Assembly: GCA_964409135.1 (NCBI GenBank)
Contig: CAYPBZ010000001.1
Span: forward strand, 26,535 to 90,534
Length of the DNA: 64,000 bases
From: Candidatus Micrarchaeota archaeon
GTDB lineage: Archaea; Micrarchaeota; Micrarchaeia; Micrarchaeales; Micrarchaeaceae
Direction of reading: 5' to 3'
Part shown: in pieces, positions 62,447-64,000 of the stretch
How the letters are laid out: every line of letters begins with the position of its first letter
How positions within the stretch are numbered: position 1 is the stretch's first letter
Translations under genes and position numbers: made by a program
The notes under the pieces: model-generated
What the model was told of the DNA's origin: nothing
The model's database searches: none
The model's input: the letters and a program-made list of their open reading frames with translations, nothing else

Positions 62447-62685
62447 TTATACAGCTCCTCTCTCCTTCTTTTTCTTACCTTATTTGATTAGAGAGAGTCT
62501 CAGGACCAACCCGAAAGAGTCTGTTGACTCAGTAGTGGACAGGCCAGCCAACATAGCAATAAACGATAAATATTCCAAACCGCGATACAGTTATCAGATA
62601 GTTCCAGGACCGGGAGGTATTCGAGAAACTCGAAAAGTCAGTTATCTATTAAAATCAATGCAAAACATACAGATACTATAATGTT

Positions 62686-62700
62686 ATTAGTATTACTAAT
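62686..62700. repeat. 15-nt perfect palindrome ATTAGTAtTACTAAT at the left edge of the AT-rich region
   Basis: Read directly. A related motif recurs at 63157-63179. Confidence 0.8.
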
Positions 62701-62864
62701 TATATGTTAGTATTGATAAATAAATCGCATATTTTGCGATATGACGGCACCCAGATCCGACACATATAAATCTATGACCACTGCTAAAATTCTGCTTTAG
62801 AGGCTAATTATATGCATTGGTTTTGTCTAAAACACAGCCATTTTTGCCTGTAATACAGAGAGAA

Positions 62865-63115
62865 GTCTGCATAACAAAAATTCCATAAACATGAAATCTG
62901 CATTAAATATTCCATAATTTTGACATAAATTACTACCCCAGAGAGAAACCCTATCTTTTTATATACTTTTAGCCAACAAAGGGGATGGCCTCACCAGAAC
63001 GCCATGTTTTCCATAATTATGAGATAAGTCCACGAACGGATTGGTGTTTTTGTTTCGAAATTATGGAACGTAGTTATTTTGATGTTGGAAAGTGTGGAAT
63101 TTCATCATTATGGAA
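62865..63115. repeat. Iteron-like array of TTCCATAA(T/A) motifs in an ORF-free AT-rich region
   Basis: Forward copies at 62881, 62910 and 63009. Reverse copies at 63059-63068 and 63106-63115. The first two sit in a longer repeated unit, TCTGCAT..(A)TTCCATAA. Confidence 0.7.
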
Positions 63116-63156
63116 TAAATCTATTGGAGGAATTTGTGTGCTATGATATTGTTAGA

Positions 63157-63179
63157 ATTACTAATAAATAATTAGTAAT
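63157..63179. repeat. Inverted repeat ATTACTAAT-aaata-ATTAGTAAT at the right edge of the AT-rich region
   Basis: Read directly. The flanking 'tgttagaattactaataaataa' resembles 'tgttagtattgataaataa' at 62705-62723. Confidence 0.75.
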
Positions 63180-63364
63180 TATCAGATAGTAATTAAAACA
63201 ATGTTTTTATGTGTGAATTACCTCGGACTAAAGTCCGAGGCTTCCCTGCAGGTCAGTTAAATTGCAGTTTCACCATGCAAGGCATATTCGGCAGAGCTGT
63301 CAAGAGTATCTCAGCAAGAATGAGTTTAGGGATTATCTTGCTAGACGTGATAGATAAGACCAAT

Positions 63365-64000
63365 CTAAGCCGCTCTCTTTTTCGGTCTTCTGAATTTCCC
63401 GTCAAGATACCTTGGTACAGGATTCTTTGAGAAATCAACCTTGAAACCAAGGGCAGAGAACCCTTTGATGAGGCATGAGCCGTAGAGCAGGCGGTTGAGC
63501 GCTTCTGCCTCGTATACTGCACCAATGAGCGCATTGTGTGGATTCGGCTCCAATGGCATACCTACGAATTCATATATGTGCCTGGAATGCGTGTCTATCA
63601 GCTCAGGGACGTCCTTGAACCTGCTGGTCGAATACTTGTACCTTTCAAGACATATGTCCTTCATATCTATTATCCTTCCGGGTTTTGGGCGGAATTCAAT
63701 CCCTCCGACTCTTGCCGCATGCTTCAAGAAAGGAATGTCGAAGAGTATTATGTTCTGTCCCGCAAGTCTGCTGTTCGGGCTCTTCCTGAGCCATCTTATC
63801 CATTCCCTCACCATCTCGGCCTCTGATGGTTTCCGCCTATCCCTTACCTCAGCATATGAGAATCCATTTATGTCTAGGGCATCCTTCGCTATCTCCGCGC
63901 CCTTTCTGGCCCTGCACTCCATGTAGAAATGATTCCTGAGGTTATTCGCGTCTATCGCGCCTATACTGAGAATGGAATGTTTTTCTGGCAGGAGCCCGGT
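63365..64000 (-). CDS. DEDD-family 3'-5' exonuclease (DnaQ/RNase T-like), 5' end beyond the window
   Basis: The frame stays open upstream of the track Met to base 64000 (..TGLLPEKHSILSIGAIDANN..). Exo II-like 'GQNIILFDIPFL' and Exo III-like 'HNALIGAVYEAEA'. Confidence 0.6.
   Translation of the reverse strand, partial: TGLLPEKHSILSIGAIDANNLRNHFYMECRARKGAEIAKDALDINGFSYAEVRDRRKPSEAEMVREWIRWLRKSPNSRLAGQNIILFDIPFLKHAARVGGIEFRPKPGRIIDMKDICLERYKYSTSRFKDVPELIDTHSRHIYEFVGMPLEPNPHNALIGAVYEAEALNRLLYGSCLIKGFSALGFKVDFSKNPVPRYLDGKFRRPKKRAA

Larger units (their letters stand above)
61148..62520 (+). repeat. Perfect tandem duplication (unit 678 bp) covering the 3' end of the small basic gene, the pilin gene and its terminator
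   Basis: 61173-61842 matches 61851-62520 by eye. The junctions share the 10-nt 'CCGAAAGAGT' (61148, 61833, 62511). Copy 2 lacks one 'agaaggg' of the gagaagg-gagaagg repeat. Confidence 0.85.

Noticed and set aside
62484-62681. 65-aa plus-strand ORF after the duplicated pilin
   Set aside because: It has a TTG start inside the repeat terminator region, no motifs and no SD-like sequence. It reads through a TTCGAG-aaa-CTCGAA hairpin and is probably non-coding.
63209-63534. ORFs 63209..63430 (+) and 63253..63534 (-)
   Set aside because: They overlap each other and the 3' end of the exonuclease gene, and have no motifs. The plus-strand ORF begins within a perfect hairpin (CCTCGGAC-taaa-GTCCGAGG, 63221-63240). 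I note the hairpin but cannot assign it a function, as no T-run follows on either strand.

Overview
Densely coding archaeal chromosome segment. Archaeal hallmarks: split rpoB (B''/B'), rpoA'/A'', rpoH, aEF-1alpha, aIF5B, Spt5, uL11, uS10, archaeal-type SAM synthetase, GGGP synthase, a histone, an Sm protein and intron-containing tRNAs. The compact gene spacing, non-canonical tRNA introns, inteins and many class-III-signal-peptide (pilin-like) genes suggest a small-genome DPANN-type archaeon. Micrarchaeota/ARMAN-like is my unverified guess. Housekeeping content: RNase Z, Hel308, DNA ligase, the RNA polymerase operon, SdhABC plus class II fumarase, an OTC/carbamate kinase pair, RNase HI, HtpX and an M1 aminopeptidase. 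I read six tRNA genes by eye, four of them with introns; one intron sits in the T-loop. Accessory or unusual content: (1) an Epd/Tad-like type IV pilus operon at 13.7-19.8 kb with a split platform protein and seven translationally coupled pilin-like genes. Three more pilin-headed genes lie at 58.6-62.4 kb, two of them as a perfect 678-bp tandem duplication. (2) A 954-aa N-anchored beta-helix surface protein. (3) Two inteins, each inserted between the K and T of a P-loop, in a TPR-AAA ATPase and in aIF5B. (4) A 49-bp inverted repeat with a 30-bp perfect core bracketing a 1.8-kb cassette. (5) A roughly 0.55-kb ORF-free AT-rich region with iteron-like TTCCATAA motifs and palindromes. (6) An IspH (MEP-pathway) homologue in an archaeal context. 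My best candidate for an undescribed system is the pilus/surface apparatus, possibly a cell-cell attachment machine. All calls come from reading the sequence and the ORF translations. No BLAST, HMM, tRNAscan or folding program was run, so family names are motif-based and boundaries of RNA features are approximate.
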